DNA of 63,702 nt, the filler included, from Choristocarpus tenellus KU-1152 (Eukaryota; Protista; Phaeophyceae), in NCBI GenBank assembly GCA_964200185.2. It is 10 parts of 10 records of this genome, joined end to end, with 100 filler letters (N's around TTAATTAATTAA, not from the genome) between each part and the next. Parts side by side here need not be neighbours in the genome. Positions count along the whole stretch, not along the records: positions 60,832 to 63,702 come from CAXNAD020024054.1; 9 more parts are not named here. One strand, written 5' to 3'. Under the pieces are notes generated by a model. That model ran no database searches, was not told the DNA's origin, and was given only the letters and a program-made list of their open reading frames with translations. The position numbers were made by a program, and so were the translations under genes. Positions 62,316-63,702 of this stretch are shown in pieces. Position 1 is the first letter of the stretch. Each line of letters opens with the position of its first letter.

Positions 62316-63149
62316 TCTTTTGACACGCCAATAATTTAAAAAAAAGTTCCAGGGGTTTTTTTGTTTTCCAGTAGGAGAGAGGTACAGTGGAGGCTGAAAG
62401 CAACAGGACTGTTGTGTGGAACCCACTTACACATACATTTAATGTAAAAATGTTTTTTGTACAATAATAGTAATTTCAAGTACATACTATATATATATAT
62501 ATACCTACGGGTGCAATAAAAATATAACAGAAAAACCAACGCTGGGGGGCAGGGGTGACAAAGGATGCCACAAAAAAGAAGGCATTCTATTGGCCCAATG
62601 CAAAATTATACGCAGCTCTATTGGCAGAAAGAGTGTCTTTTCATTCGGTGTGCGGTATTAATATATTGCCCAGAAAAAGCCTCTACAATCCCCTTGCATC
62701 TCACAATGGATGATCACAAAAGACACGCTTTACATTAACAGTGGCTCAAGATGCATTGTATCAAACCACAGAAGCAAAAACATCGATCATGTAACTACAG
62801 TTTTCACCGTGTAGAATGTTTAAAAGAAGAAAAATAATCCCCCCTCCTCCCCCCCCCCCCCCCCCCCCGCACCCCCCTCTATCTCCCTACGATCCANNNN
62901 NNNNNNGACTTTTATAAAACCAAAAAAAAAAAAAAACCAATCATGTAAATACCGTTTTCACCGTGTAGAATGTTTAAAAAAAAAAAAAAAACCCCCCCCC
63001 CCCCCCCCCCCCCCCCCCTTCAAGTTTGTATCTGCAATGGCTTTCTTTCACACATGAGCCCCCCAACCGTTCCCCCACAGCCTCACCAACACTACGTCAA
63101 GTCTAGGAGAGTTGTACGGGAGGGCTACAGGGTGAGCGTTTTTCCTCCT

Positions 63150-63490
63150 TGTCGAGTGTGACCCATAGGCTAGTGTGTTGGTCACAATGTTGCCTTTCAG
63201 ATCACGTACCTTATCATGTCAATGAACAGTTTCAAGATAAAATAATCTAGGTATTGTTCAAACTAGGCATATACTATTTATTCGGGTCAATGTGAACACC
63301 ATTCTCAAGTATCACCGAGTTAGACTCTCTTACCGTCAAGTGTGTTGTAACCACCCCTAATGTGAACACCATCACTGTGACATGCTTCTCAAACATGGGC
63401 CGGGCTGGGCCCACGGACATGAGCACCCCCATTGCCAGCACCAGGGTAATGGGCAACAGCTGAACAACTCCATTCCGGAGTCCCACCTCA
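63150..63490 (-). mobile_element. Possible highly decayed LINE RT C-terminal fragment
   Basis: VILENGVHID..KVRDLKGNIVTNTLAYG loosely resembles ..ID.EI..K.R.YK.IV..TLLYG; several stops. Confidence 0.25.
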
Positions 63491-63702
63491 AGTTTTTCAG
63501 ACCAGATTCAATGTAGTCCAAGTCCCATGTGGCAGGGGGGGAGGAGGGGGGGGGAAGTGAGTGAAATGAGAGTTGAGCTCTGTAATACACAGGAAAGGAG
63601 GGTGAGCAAAGGGGGGGGGGGGGGGGAAAGCAAAAAAAAGTGGGGGGGCCCCCCCAAGGGAAAACAACCACCCAGCCAAAGTTGTCCTTCACAAGGTAAA
63701 AA

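Noticed and set aside
62788-63020. Duplicated TTTTCACCGTGTAGAATGTTTAAAA plus poly-C segment
   Set aside because: The copies flank a 10-N gap and the second is homopolymer-degraded; likely a low-quality read artefact.

Overview
This is eukaryotic, intron-containing DNA and not one contiguous locus. Nine identical 100-nt linkers (44 N + TTAATTAATTAA + 44 N, stops in all six frames) join ten unrelated contigs: 1-11831, 11932-23300, 23401-26122, 26223-31670, 31771-34467, 34568-48298, 48399-51880, 51981-55672, 55773-60731 and 60832-63702. A probably plastid-targeted ChaN protein, a ciliary NWE-motif protein, TTAGGG repeats and retrotransposons resembling those of Ectocarpus suggest a photosynthetic, flagellate-producing stramenopile such as a brown alga or close relative (inference). 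Spliced genes reconstructed by hand: an RGS-domain protein (5' part), a coiled-coil protein head-to-head with a SPAG8-like NWE-motif ciliary gene, a complete ChaN-family gene, the 3' 8 exons of a USP9/USP24-like deubiquitinase, one CRT-like transporter exon and the last two exons of a CHID1-like gene. Most other DNA is decayed transposons: an RTE LINE, several CRE-like RLE retrotransposon relics, Ty3/Gypsy RNase H, mariner and Harbinger transposase relics, two related 3-bp-TSD MITE families and a foldback element. Most ORFs in the supplied track are spurious. I found no convincing new multi-gene system. The best leads are two homologous adjacent introns around a 36-nt exon, apparent GC-AG introns, a conserved 3' stem-loop in the CRE-like family, the paired MITE families and an orphan receiver-domain exon. 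All family assignments come from motif recall, not database searches.
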